Shown in pieces: positions 18,742 through 28,670 of a stretch of DNA of 64,000 bases (position 1 is the first letter of the stretch; each line of letters opens with the position of its first letter). Under the pieces are notes generated by a model, which was given only the letters and a program-made list of their open reading frames with translations, was not told where the DNA came from and ran no database searches. Where the stretch lies: the IMG/VR virus record IMGVR_UViG_3300006127_001273, positions 32,001-96,000 of that record; one strand, written 5' to 3'. The translations under genes and the position numbers were made by a program. The DNA is from a virus. Taxonomy: Duplodnaviria > Caudoviricetes.

Positions 18742-20196
18742 ATGAGCAAGAAACAAATTAACGAATTCGACATCCATGCAGGTTTAGAGACACCACCGTC
18801 TCATCCACATGTCGAACCAACACAAGATTTTATTCCACAAGGCGAAGAAGATCACGAAGGCGCAATGGCTAGAGCAGATCTTTATAAGATGGCTAACTAT
18901 GCAGTAAAATTATTCAAGAAATTAGATGATAATGCACAACTAGAAGGTTGGGTACAAGCAAAGATTACTAAGGCTGCTGATTATATTGCATCAGTTTATC
19001 ACTATCTCGAATACGAAATGAAATTTAGCGAATATGGCAAGCAATTAGAAAATTCTGACATGTTCAACGAAAGTGAAAAAGAAGAACTTAAACTAAAGTT
19101 GAGCGAAGCGAGAGAGAAGATTGCACAGTTAAAGATTGCACAACTTCAAAAATTAGAAGAAGGCAAGAAGAGTCCTAAGGCTAAGAAAGATTGGGATAAG
19201 GACGGTAAGATCGAATCTGAAAAGGACGAAGTTATCGGAAGTCGTCGTAAAGCAGCCGGATTAGACGAATCATGGGACGATGATGACGAAGATGCAGATG
19301 TTAAAAGAGCAGACGACGAATTAAGAAAGCGTAAAGTTAAATTACCAAAGACTAAGGCTGATCCAGATAAGGATATGAGCAAGTTGGCAAAGAAATCTAA
19401 GAAAGAAGATGACTTAGATGAAACTTACGGTCAAGGCATTTACGAAGGATGGGACGACGATGACGACGAAGATCCAGATGTAAAGCGAGCTGATTCGGAA
19501 TTAAAGAAGCGCGGTGTTAAGTTACCTAAGGTAAAGCACAAAGAAGTTCCAGTTAAGAAAACTGCTAAGGACAAGGAAGAAGAATTAGATGAAGGTTCTG
19601 GTCCTTATCAATTAAGCGATCCTAAGCATCCTAAATTCAAATCAAATTACGAAAAGTTTAAGAAATCAAATCCAGATAAGAAGTTAGCCGATTTTGTTGC
19701 TGCTATGAAAAAGAAGGATAAGGCTGGATTAGATGAATCATGGGACGATGATGACGAAGACGATGATGTTAAAAGAGCTGATTCTGAATTAAAGAAGCGC
19801 GGTGTTAAGTTACCTAAGGTAAAGCACAAAGAAGTTCCAGTTAAGAAGACTGCTAAGGACAAGGAAGAAGAAAAACTCGACGAAATTTCTCAAAAAACAG
19901 CAGTGGGTTATGTCAAGAAAGTAGCAGACAATGCTGAATCTAACAAAGACACATTTACTCCTAAACGTCTTAAAGGTGTAATAACTGCGGGCAATAAAGT
20001 TATGGGAAAGCCTCATGCTAAAGTTCCAGCAACTAACGAAGGTAAGAAACCAGACTTCTTAGACTTAGACAAGGACGGTAACAAGAAAGAGCCAATGAAG
20101 AAGGCTGCTAAGGAAAAGACATCTAAGAAAGAATGTATGAAAGAGTCAGTTGAACTCGATCGTATGAAAGAGTTCTTAAAACGTCTAAACGGATAA
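18742..20196 (+). CDS. Highly charged repeat protein, putative prohead core/internal polyprotein
   Basis: Many LDE/LEE/IYE sites, three WDDDDED...ELKKR repeats, GATAAATA at 18711. Confidence 0.6.
   Translation: MSKKQINEFDIHAGLETPPSHPHVEPTQDFIPQGEEDHEGAMARADLYKMANYAVKLFKKLDDNAQLEGWVQAKITKAADYIASVYHYLEYEMKFSEYGKQLENSDMFNESEKEELKLKLSEAREKIAQLKIAQLQKLEEGKKSPKAKKDWDKDGKIESEKDEVIGSRRKAAGLDESWDDDDEDADVKRADDELRKRKVKLPKTKADPDKDMSKLAKKSKKEDDLDETYGQGIYEGWDDDDDEDPDVKRADSELKKRGVKLPKVKHKEVPVKKTAKDKEEELDEGSGPYQLSDPKHPKFKSNYEKFKKSNPDKKLADFVAAMKKKDKAGLDESWDDDDEDDDVKRADSELKKRGVKLPKVKHKEVPVKKTAKDKEEEKLDEISQKTAVGYVKKVADNAESNKDTFTPKRLKGVITAGNKVMGKPHAKVPATNEGKKPDFLDLDKDGNKKEPMKKAAKEKTSKKECMKESVELDRMKEFLKRLNG
19487..19872 (+). 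repeat. 98-nt near-identical direct repeat (19487-19584 and 19775-19872), with a third diverged copy near 19258-19350
   Basis: The two copies differ at two synonymous positions and are 288 nt apart. Confidence 0.9.
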
Positions 20197-20200
20197 TATA

Positions 20201-21127
20201 ATGGACATGAAGAAAATTCTACAGGCACTTGATAATACAGCATCAAAGCCTGTAGAAGGTGCTAATGATATTAAAAAATCGTTGCAAATTTTAGAAGAGG
20301 GGGCTAATCCGCATAAGGTTAGCCTTCCTGTTCAAATGGCTATGCAACATTATCAAGCACCAGTTGTGGAATCTAAACCAAAGAAAGGTTCGATTCTTAA
20401 AAAATATTTTGCAGAAGCTGAACAAGAAGTAGAAGCAGCTCGAGAACAAGAACAGTTAAGAATTCAAATGTATTCTCGTAAGATTGCACAAAAAGTCTTA
20501 GGCGAAAGCAAAGTTAGTGAAGCACCAATTGCATATAACAAAGACGAACCTATGAATCCTTTAATTCATAGCCACAAAGGTGTAAATCAATCTACATTAA
20601 AGGGACGTATTATGCGAGCTCGTTCACAAATAAAAGAACTTGCTGACTACGCGCAATACGATGATTTAAACATGTGGAAAACAATTGTAAACCATTGGCC
20701 AGAAGTATCTATGAATATTGATCAAATCGACCATGGAATACAAGAATTATCTTCGTTACGTAAAAAAGGCGGGATTAAAAGTCGCGGTATCGATCCAACA
20801 TTAGAAGATGAATTAGTTAATCCAGAAGATGCTGTAAAAATGGACATCCCATTATTAATTCGTCTTTTAGAATATGCTCGTGAAGATGCTAAAACAGACA
20901 TGGATCTACATAATGTTGCTGAAATGCTTATTAATTTAAGTAAAGACGGCGATACTTTATCAATGGATCAATACGACCAAATTGTAGGCGATCAAAAATT
21001 ATTACCTAGCCCAACTGACGAAGGACGAAATCCTTGTTGGAAAGGTTATAGACAGCTCGGAACTAAAGCAAAAGGCGGTTACAGAGTGCCTAATTGTGTT
21101 CCAGAAAAGAAAAAGAGATTTAGATAA
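20201..21127 (+). CDS. Modular putative capsid-internal protein
   Basis: Segments separated by LEE/VVE/LGE/VSE/TDE; C-terminal 'CWKGY...VPNCVP' module. Confidence 0.5.
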   Translation: MDMKKILQALDNTASKPVEGANDIKKSLQILEEGANPHKVSLPVQMAMQHYQAPVVESKPKKGSILKKYFAEAEQEVEAAREQEQLRIQMYSRKIAQKVLGESKVSEAPIAYNKDEPMNPLIHSHKGVNQSTLKGRIMRARSQIKELADYAQYDDLNMWKTIVNHWPEVSMNIDQIDHGIQELSSLRKKGGIKSRGIDPTLEDELVNPEDAVKMDIPLLIRLLEYAREDAKTDMDLHNVAEMLINLSKDGDTLSMDQYDQIVGDQKLLPSPTDEGRNPCWKGYRQLGTKAKGGYRVPNCVPEKKKRFR

Positions 21128-21128
21128 A

Positions 21129-22547
21129 ATGACACTAGAACACTCTATCAGACAAGAATTAGTCGAAAGTTTCGGATATCAATTAGACGAAGAAGGCCTT
21201 GGCGCAGATATGATGAAAAGATTATCGGCACATTCTGCTAATACATCAGTAATGTCTAAAGGTCCTGATTTTACAAAAGCTGTAAAGGCAGGAAATACAA
21301 AACTACTAACTCGACTAGCAACTGTTTTTGGATTATACGAGTTATGGGTCCCTGCGCAAAATGCTATAATCAATATACAAAATCGTCTTGATAAAAATGA
21401 GATATCAGAAGAGCAAGCAATTAAAGAAATGGATATCACCGTAGCACAATTTTCTGCAAGAGTGTTATCAACATTGATCACTAGCGGACTATTATTTAGA
21501 GTGTTACCTATTGTAGCAAGAATTGCAACTCCTATTCCATTTTTTGGACCAATATTTGCCGGATTAAGTCTAATTGCTATGACACCAGCTGCTAGAACTT
21601 ATATCAGTACTTGGGTAAATTCTAATGGATCGTGGTTAAGTAAAATTATTGCTACCTATTTATTATCTCACGTGATACCACCAGACAGTAAGATAATTGC
21701 TTCTGCAGCCAGTTTAGCCGCCGAAGGAACGAAAAAGTTCGGTGAATTTTCCGATCAAATGCTCAGCGATGTAGGATCTTCAGTATTACACCGTCATTCC
21801 GACACTCCAGCTGATACAACTACTGCACCTAGTAATTCTCAAGATGATTATATCAATCCAGCCTCAGTTGGCGGAGCTCAGACACCGTCTATAAATCAAA
21901 AAATAGATAAAATTCGAGAAAAGTTAATTAGCTTAGGAGAAAAAATTCCTGCAACTGGCGCACCTGATGAAGAATTTTACGCTGCATATCATAGACACAG
22001 AAATGATGTTAAAGGCATTCAAGAATCAGGTGAGTCAATTCGTGAGTTATCATTAAAATTACAAATCCTTGAAGATGCAAAATCTGATGCAGAAGCAGGC
22101 GCTAAAGAATTTATGCAAGATTTTCCAGATTTAGTACAAATTATTCAACAGAGAATGACACAGAACGCTCCTGCTCAAGGCGGAACTCCTACACCTGCAC
22201 AGCAAGACATACCTGCACAAGGCGGAACCTCTGCACCAGCAGTTAGCACAACTGCGGGTCCTTTGGGTGCGCAAGCATCTGCAGGTGGATTAAATGTATC
22301 TGCCGGACCGCAGGGTAGCAATTTTGATGCAAGCGGACATATCACCGGAATGCCGCCTACAACATTAAATGGACCAAATCAAGAATTATTAAATAAAGCG
22401 GCAGAACTCACAAAGGCAGGAAATACCGAAAAGGCAAAGATATATACAGACGTATATGCAAGACAAGTAGCACAACAAAAGGCTGCTAAACCTACATCTG
22501 AAAATACAGAATTAAACAGAATCATTACATTAGCAAAAAACAAATAA
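21129..22547 (+). CDS. Hypothetical virion-associated protein with hydrophobic central helices
   Basis: ATG at 21129 follows the upstream stop; LVE/LDE sites; hydrophobic 'PIPFFGPIFAGLSLIAM'; C-terminal 'ENTELNRIITLA'. Confidence 0.5.
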   Translation: MTLEHSIRQELVESFGYQLDEEGLGADMMKRLSAHSANTSVMSKGPDFTKAVKAGNTKLLTRLATVFGLYELWVPAQNAIINIQNRLDKNEISEEQAIKEMDITVAQFSARVLSTLITSGLLFRVLPIVARIATPIPFFGPIFAGLSLIAMTPAARTYISTWVNSNGSWLSKIIATYLLSHVIPPDSKIIASAASLAAEGTKKFGEFSDQMLSDVGSSVLHRHSDTPADTTTAPSNSQDDYINPASVGGAQTPSINQKIDKIREKLISLGEKIPATGAPDEEFYAAYHRHRNDVKGIQESGESIRELSLKLQILEDAKSDAEAGAKEFMQDFPDLVQIIQQRMTQNAPAQGGTPTPAQQDIPAQGGTSAPAVSTTAGPLGAQASAGGLNVSAGPQGSNFDASGHITGMPPTTLNGPNQELLNKAAELTKAGNTEKAKIYTDVYARQVAQQKAAKPTSENTELNRIITLAKNK

Positions 22548-22558
22548 CATCATTTACA

Positions 22559-22587
22559 TTGACAGTAAATAAGAATTAATCTAAACT
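22559..22587 (+). promoter_or_regulatory. sigma70-type promoter with TAAATA in the spacer
   Basis: TTGACA-17 nt-TAAACT; GTAAATA at 22565. Confidence 0.65.
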
Positions 22588-22610
22588 AGGCATTTAAAGG
22601 GAGAAAATTT

Positions 22611-22865
22611 ATGAGTAGAGCATATGGCGCCGAAGAAAAGGCAAAACTTGAAAGACTTATCAATGAAGGTTCAACTGTTTTAAGAGAAATTGAAGATCTC
22701 AACGAAGGTCTCAAGGACACAGTCAAGGCAGTAGCAGAGGAACTAAATATCAAGCCGAGTGTTATCAACAAGGCTATCAAAATTGCACATAAGGGCAATT
22801 GGCAAGATCATAATTCCGATTGGGAAGAGATCGAAGCAATTCTAGACGTCACAAAGCGCATCTAA
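22611..22865 (+). CDS. T4 DsbA-like double-stranded DNA-binding protein
   Basis: 84-aa helical protein, 'LKDTVKAVAEELNIKPSVINKAIKIAHK', upstream of the DNA polymerase. Confidence 0.65.
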   Translation: MSRAYGAEEKAKLERLINEGSTVLREIEDLNEGLKDTVKAVAEELNIKPSVINKAIKIAHKGNWQDHNSDWEEIEAILDVTKRI

Positions 22866-22940
22866 TTGCAACAGGAAAGGTTCTACGAGCCATAAATCGT
22901 ATTGCGGGTGAGTGTGAGCCGAAAATCACACAGGAGAAAA

Positions 22941-25607
22941 ATGAGTTATGTCGATGCATATTTCGACCGTGATAATGATATCATTAAAATTGTCGAAAGA
23001 AATTCTAAAGGTGAACGGGAATTTAGAGATGTTCCTGTAAAACACACTTTCTATTATAAAGATCCAAAAGGAAAACATCAAAGTATTTACGGTGACCCAG
23101 TATCAAGGGTTGTTTGTAAAAATACTAAAGACTTCCGAAAGGAAATGGCTATTGCTAGCGGCAAGCAAATATATGAAGCAGATATTAATCCAATCTTTGT
23201 TTGTTTGTCAGAAAACTATTTAAATCAAGATGCTCCGAAACTTAATGTAGCATTTTTCGATATCGAAGTGGACTTTGATCCAGAAAGAGGCTATGCTAGT
23301 CCAGATGATGCATTTATGCCTATTACTGCAATCGCTGTCCACTTACAATGGTTAGAAACACTTGTATGTCTTGCAATTCCTCCAAAGACATTAACTATGG
23401 AGCAAGCACAAGAGCAAATCAAAGACTTTCCAAATACTATTTTGTTTGATAATGAAGCAGAATTGTTAGATACGTTTTTAGATTTAATTCAAGAAGCAGA
23501 CATTTTAAGTGGATGGAATAGCGAAGGGTTCGATATTCCGTATACAGTTAATCGTGTTATTAAGGTGTTATCGAAGGAAGACACTAGACGATTCTGTTTG
23601 TTTAATCAATTACCAAAAAAGCGTGAGTTCGAAAAGTTCGGTAGACAAGCAACTACATATGACTTTGTCGGGCGTGTACATATGGATAGTTTAGAACTAT
23701 ATCGTAAGTATACCTATGAAGAAAGACATAGTTACAGACTAGACGCAATTGCCGAATACGAGTTAGGAGAACGAAAAACACAGTATGAAGGTACACTTGA
23801 TCAGTTATACAACAATGATTTCAAAACATTCATTGAATATAACAGACAAGATACTATGCTTCTTGATCGTTTAGATAAGAAATTAAAGTTTTTAGATCTT
23901 GCTAATTCACTTGCACACGAAAATACAGTATTGCTCCAAACTACAATGGGAGCAGTAGCAGTAACAGAACAAGCAATCATTAATGAAGCACATCGTAGAG
24001 GATTTGTTGTCCCAAATCGTCCCAAATCAGATGAACGGGAAAACACCAATGCAGCCGGTGCGTATGTTGCATATCCAAAAGAAGGAATTCAAGACTGGGT
24101 AGGATCTTTAGACATCAACTCCCTATATCCTTCAGTAATTCGTGCGTTAAATATGGGCCCGGAAACGATTATCGGGCAATTAAGAACAGTCGGAACCGAT
24201 GCGTATATCGAAACTCAAATGGCAAAGGGCAAATCATTTGCATCTGCATGGGAAGGTCATTTTGGCACACTTGAATATGAGTCGGTAATGAAGCAAGAAA
24301 TCGGTACTGATATCACAATCGATTGGGAAAATGGTGATATTGATATTGTAAGTGCAGCCGAAGTATATCGACTAATTTATGAAAGTAATCAACCTTGGAT
24401 GTTAAGTGCAAACGGTACTATCTTTACGTGGGAGAAAGAAGGAGTTATTCCCGGATTGTTAAAGCGTTGGTATGCAGAACGTAAAGAAATGCAGGCTAAA
24501 GAGAAGGATGCACAAAATGCAGGTAACGAGATTGAAGAAGAATACTGGGCAAAGAGACAGTTAGTTAAAAAGATTAATCTAAATAGTCTATATGGTGCTA
24601 TTCTTAATCCAGGTTGTAGATTCTTCGATAAGAGGATAGGACAATCTACTACATTAACTGGTCGTCAAATTGCAAAACATATGGCTTCCAAAGTTAACGA
24701 GGTTATTACAGGTGATTACGATCACGTAGGCAAAGCAATTATTTACGGTGATACTGACTCCTGTTATTTTTCAGCGTATAAGATCTTAAAGAAGGACATC
24801 GATAACGGTAGTATTCCATGGTCAAAAGAAGCAGTAACTCAACTATACGATCAAATTGGCGAAGAAGTCAATGGAACATTTGCACAATTTATGTTAGACC
24901 AGTTTCATTGCCCTAAAGTTCGCGGGGAAGTTATTAGAGCAGGACGAGAAATTGTAGGATCAAAGGCATTGTTTATTACTAAAAAGCGGTATGCAGTACT
25001 TGTATATGATAAAGAAGGTAAACGTAAGGATAAGGACGGCAAACCCGGAGAAATTAAAGCAATGGGGTTAGATCTCAAACGTTCAGATACTCCAGAATTC
25101 ATTCAAGACTTTTTAAGTAAAGTACTCGAAATGGTACTTACTGGCTCTCAGGAACAAGAAGTATTAGATTACATCACTGAGTTTAGGACTGAATTTAAAA
25201 TGCGACCGGGTTGGGAAAAAGGAAGCCCTAAAAGAGCTAATAATATTACCGAATACGAAGCAAAGGAAAAACGCCAAGGCAAAGCAAATCTTCCGGGACA
25301 TGTTAGAGCAAGTATTAACTGGAATACATTAAGGAAATTATATAACGACAAGTATTCTATGATTATCCTCGATGGAGCGAAGGTTATCGTATGTAAACTT
25401 CGGCCTAATCCACTAGAATTTACTAGTGTAGCATATCCAGTAGACGAACTTAGATTACCGCAATGGTTTAAAGATTTGCCATTCGATCATTCAGAAATGG
25501 AAGCAACTATTATCGATAAGAAACTAGATAACCTAATTGGAGTATTGAACTGGAATTTATCTAGTACTGAAGAGAAAAATACATTTAATAGTTTATTTGA
25601 GTTTTGA
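22941..25607 (+). CDS. Family B DNA polymerase
   Basis: Exonuclease 'FDIE', 'WNSEGFDIPY'; polymerase 'DINSLYPS', 'KINLNSLYG', 'YGDTDS', 'KKRY'. AGGAG RBS supports the ATG at 22941. Confidence 0.97.
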   Translation: MSYVDAYFDRDNDIIKIVERNSKGEREFRDVPVKHTFYYKDPKGKHQSIYGDPVSRVVCKNTKDFRKEMAIASGKQIYEADINPIFVCLSENYLNQDAPKLNVAFFDIEVDFDPERGYASPDDAFMPITAIAVHLQWLETLVCLAIPPKTLTMEQAQEQIKDFPNTILFDNEAELLDTFLDLIQEADILSGWNSEGFDIPYTVNRVIKVLSKEDTRRFCLFNQLPKKREFEKFGRQATTYDFVGRVHMDSLELYRKYTYEERHSYRLDAIAEYELGERKTQYEGTLDQLYNNDFKTFIEYNRQDTMLLDRLDKKLKFLDLANSLAHENTVLLQTTMGAVAVTEQAIINEAHRRGFVVPNRPKSDERENTNAAGAYVAYPKEGIQDWVGSLDINSLYPSVIRALNMGPETIIGQLRTVGTDAYIETQMAKGKSFASAWEGHFGTLEYESVMKQEIGTDITIDWENGDIDIVSAAEVYRLIYESNQPWMLSANGTIFTWEKEGVIPGLLKRWYAERKEMQAKEKDAQNAGNEIEEEYWAKRQLVKKINLNSLYGAILNPGCRFFDKRIGQSTTLTGRQIAKHMASKVNEVITGDYDHVGKAIIYGDTDSCYFSAYKILKKDIDNGSIPWSKEAVTQLYDQIGEEVNGTFAQFMLDQFHCPKVRGEVIRAGREIVGSKALFITKKRYAVLVYDKEGKRKDKDGKPGEIKAMGLDLKRSDTPEFIQDFLSKVLEMVLTGSQEQEVLDYITEFRTEFKMRPGWEKGSPKRANNITEYEAKEKRQGKANLPGHVRASINWNTLRKLYNDKYSMIILDGAKVIVCKLRPNPLEFTSVAYPVDELRLPQWFKDLPFDHSEMEATIIDKKLDNLIGVLNWNLSSTEEKNTFNSLFEF

Positions 25608-25619
25608 TAAGAATAATTC

Positions 25620-25648
25620 TTGACTACAGACAATAACCTAAATATAAT
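25620..25648 (+). promoter_or_regulatory. sigma70-type promoter overlapping CTAAATA
   Basis: TTGACT-17 nt-TATAAT. Confidence 0.75.
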
Positions 25649-25672
25649 AACATAATACGGAGAATAATAATA

Positions 25673-26413
25673 ATGAAAGATATTTTACAGGATTTAATTG
25701 CACATACTCACGCACTAGGATTTATTCCATTAGTTAAGGTTTCGTCTATTAATAGCGAAACTGTTATCGAAGCACGAGCTGATGATCTTTCAGTAAATGT
25801 GTTTGGCAAGACTAATAATCCAATTGAAGGATTCGACGGGGTATTCGGCATGCCTAATCTAAATAAACTCGACATTCATTTAAAATGTCCTGAGTATAAA
25901 GAAAACGCACAAATTACAATAGAGACAGAAGACCGAGATGGGGTAGAGGAACCTGCTGGATTACACTTTGTTAATGAAACTGGCGATTTTAGGAATTATT
26001 ACCGATTCATGAGCAGTATTGTTGTTAACAGCAAATTAAAATCAGTGAAATTTAAAGACAATGGTCCAACGTGGGTTATCGAATTTAACCCGTCGCAGAA
26101 TAGCATCCAACGACTTAAATTCCAGCAATCTGCACATTCAGAAGAAACAGTTGTTAAAGTCAAATCAGATAACGGTAATCTTGTTTTTAGTTTCGGTGAT
26201 GCAAACACTCATGCTGGCTCATTTGTTTTTGAATCAGGTATTTCAGGATCATTAAAGCAACCGATGTCATGGCCTATTTCACAATTAATTAGCATTTTGT
26301 CTTTGCCTGGCGATATGAGCATTAAAATTGCAGAAAATCCAGGTGCGATGATGATCACTGTTAATAGTGGATTAGCAGAATACAATTACGTATTACCTGC
26401 TCATACGAAATAA
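25673..26413 (+). CDS. Probable sliding clamp (gp45/PCNA-like)
   Basis: 246 aa with an alpha/beta pattern ending 'YNYVLPA'; follows polB; a clamp loader is present in the window. Confidence 0.6.
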   Translation: MKDILQDLIAHTHALGFIPLVKVSSINSETVIEARADDLSVNVFGKTNNPIEGFDGVFGMPNLNKLDIHLKCPEYKENAQITIETEDRDGVEEPAGLHFVNETGDFRNYYRFMSSIVVNSKLKSVKFKDNGPTWVIEFNPSQNSIQRLKFQQSAHSEETVVKVKSDNGNLVFSFGDANTHAGSFVFESGISGSLKQPMSWPISQLISILSLPGDMSIKIAENPGAMMITVNSGLAEYNYVLPAHTK

Positions 26414-26414
26414 G

Positions 26415-26615
26415 ATGGAAACACATAAAAGAACTATTGTTCGAATGATTACTTATAGAATATCTGCATGGTTATTCACGATTCTATGGACATACATGTT
26501 CACTAACGATATCGGAAAAAGTACAGGATTTGCAACAATATTACATATTCTTTTAAGTATCGATTACTATATTCACGAACGAATATGGTTAAAAATTAAA
26601 TGGGGCAAAATATGA
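26415..26615 (+). CDS. DUF2061-like small membrane protein
   Basis: 'ETHKRTIVR.ITYR...YYIHERIWLKIKWG'. Confidence 0.75.
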   Translation: METHKRTIVRMITYRISAWLFTILWTYMFTNDIGKSTGFATILHILLSIDYYIHERIWLKIKWGKI

Positions 26616-27016
26616 ACGAAGATTTTGATTTAGAAAAATTTGTAGAATTATTTGATATAGCAATGACATCAGATAATCCTACTGTAAGAAAAGCATTTAA
26701 AAATTTAATGATCGTTGCGGCATTAGTAGATTCGGAAAATACCAGTAAATCACTCGGACCATTAAAAGAGATTCTTACTGAATTTAGAAAGCTGTCTAAT
26801 CGGGTGAACACATTAGAGGTATCTAGGTATACATCAACGCCTTATACTAACGGAAATGTTACAATTAATACTAATACTCCGTACTATGGAATAGCACCTA
26901 CATATACTTCTACTACTAGCGTATCGACTGCAAATATGGGGTATACTATTACTAATGATCAACTCGATAAGTACTCTCACATTTATACTACTTTAAGCAA
27001 ACCTACCGATGAATAA
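26612..27016 (+). CDS. Hypothetical protein with Thr/Tyr-rich tail
   Basis: ATGA overlap at 26612. Confidence 0.6.
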   Translation: MNEDFDLEKFVELFDIAMTSDNPTVRKAFKNLMIVAALVDSENTSKSLGPLKEILTEFRKLSNRVNTLEVSRYTSTPYTNGNVTINTNTPYYGIAPTYTSTTSVSTANMGYTITNDQLDKYSHIYTTLSKPTDE

Positions 27017-28670
27017 AGATTTAACAGCAACACAGAACGATTATGCAGTATTCTTACCTGCAACATCTGGATTCTATGCTACCTTTATCGGAAAACAACG
27101 GTATAGCAATTATGTCGACCCTGCAAGACTTCCCACATCATTCACTAATGGTGTAGAAAGTCTCAACTACCTAGAGCCAGAAAAGGGATTATTTTACTAT
27201 AACTGGTGCTTATATTCTGCAGGCCATGCTAACTTAGATATTAGTAAGCAAGACGAAGCAGAAGATATGTTTCGAAATAGAGATAGAACTACTAGTTGGG
27301 TTCTCGGTGATTCGGGCGGATTTCAGATCGGCAAAGGCGTATGGGAAGGAGATTGGAAAAATCCTAATTGTCCAAAAGCACAAAAGAAGAGAGAACAGGT
27401 TCTAGCATGGATGGACGCATACATGGATTATGGTATGTGTTTAGATATTCCGGCATGGGTATGTCGTAGTCCCGAAGGGCAAAAAGCAACTGGTATCCGA
27501 ACATATGAAGAAGCAGTAGATGCAACGTACATTAACAATGAATACTTCGTTAATAATCGAAACGGTAATTGTAAGTTTCTAAATGTTCTTCAGGGAGAAA
27601 ATCACGCGCAAGCTGATGATTGGTATAATCGAATGAAGAAGTATTGCGATCCAAATATCTACGGTGATAAGGCATTTAACGGGTGGGCGATGGGCGGACA
27701 AAACATGTGCGATGTTCACTTAATTCTAAAAAGATTAGTCACACTACGATTCGACGGATTATTAGAACAAGGTAAACAAGATTGGATGCACTTCTTAGGA
27801 ACTAGCAAATTAGAATGGGCAGTATTATTAACTGATATTCAACGTGCTGTTCGTAAATATCACAATCCTAACTTTACTATTAGTTTTGACTGTGCAAGCC
27901 CATTCCTAGCAACTGCAAATGGACAGATTTATATTCAAACTGAAACTAAAGATAGAGAAAAGTGGGTTTATAGAATGGTTCCAAGTGCAGATAATAAAAA
28001 GTATTCATCCGACACACGATTGTTTAAAGATGCTGTTGTACAAGATAAACTTTTTAAAAAGAAATCAAATAGCAATGAATTCTATGGGTTTGAATCTAGT
28101 CCTCTAATTGACCAGGTCGAAATGAAGGACGTCTGTATTTACAGTGCAGGAGTTCCTAATCCTACCTTACCAAAAAATGTAACACCGGATCCATACAATC
28201 CCGATCATTGGGAAGTATTACCTAGTTACAATAAATTAGGAAAAGTAAGCGAACGGACAAGTTGGGATAGTTTCAGTTATGCTATTCAAATGGGTCATAA
28301 CGTGTGGCATCATATCAATGCTGTGCAAGAAGCAAATCGTCAATATGACATCGATGTTAGACCATCAATGCTTATTCGAGACGGTCTTGTAAAAACAGAA
28401 TACTTTAGAAATCTAGTCGACGAAATTTTTCAAATAGACGATTTCGATAAAGCAATGGCACTTGTTGAAGAAAATGAAAAGTATTGGGATACTATTATCG
28501 GAACTAGAGGTAACACTGGAAAACGTCTTATGAATTCTTCAACGAATTTTCATAATTTGTTTGAAGAAGTTCCGCAAGAAGAATCCGACGATGACTTTGA
28601 AACAGATCCTGATAACTTTTCAGAAGAGAAACTTGATAAATTAGAAGAAGAACTTAGAAATGAAACGTAA
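27009..28670 (+). CDS. dpdA: TGT-fold 7-deazaguanine DNA transglycosylase (DpdA-like)
   Basis: 'GDSGGFQ', 'LDIP', 'VLQG', 'MHFLG', 'SFDCAS' TGT motifs; clustered with folE and queE. Confidence 0.8.
   Translation: MNKDLTATQNDYAVFLPATSGFYATFIGKQRYSNYVDPARLPTSFTNGVESLNYLEPEKGLFYYNWCLYSAGHANLDISKQDEAEDMFRNRDRTTSWVLGDSGGFQIGKGVWEGDWKNPNCPKAQKKREQVLAWMDAYMDYGMCLDIPAWVCRSPEGQKATGIRTYEEAVDATYINNEYFVNNRNGNCKFLNVLQGENHAQADDWYNRMKKYCDPNIYGDKAFNGWAMGGQNMCDVHLILKRLVTLRFDGLLEQGKQDWMHFLGTSKLEWAVLLTDIQRAVRKYHNPNFTISFDCASPFLATANGQIYIQTETKDREKWVYRMVPSADNKKYSSDTRLFKDAVVQDKLFKKKSNSNEFYGFESSPLIDQVEMKDVCIYSAGVPNPTLPKNVTPDPYNPDHWEVLPSYNKLGKVSERTSWDSFSYAIQMGHNVWHHINAVQEANRQYDIDVRPSMLIRDGLVKTEYFRNLVDEIFQIDDFDKAMALVEENEKYWDTIIGTRGNTGKRLMNSSTNFHNLFEEVPQEESDDDFETDPDNFSEEKLDKLEEELRNET

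Noticed and set aside
19258-19872. Spaced direct repeats as a possible CRISPR array or DGR template/variable pair
   Set aside because: The repeats are in-frame coding units with synonymous differences, too long for CRISPR repeats, not adenine-specific, and no cas or reverse transcriptase gene is in the window.
22902-22940. N-terminal extension of PolB from the TTG at 22902
   Set aside because: A strong AGGAG precedes the ATG at 22941, and the upstream segment is better explained as a structured leader.
27009-28670. Queuine tRNA-ribosyltransferase acting on tRNA
   Set aside because: It lacks the C-terminal CxCxxC zinc site of bacterial Tgt, is much longer, and sits among DNA replication genes, so a DNA-acting DpdA fits better.
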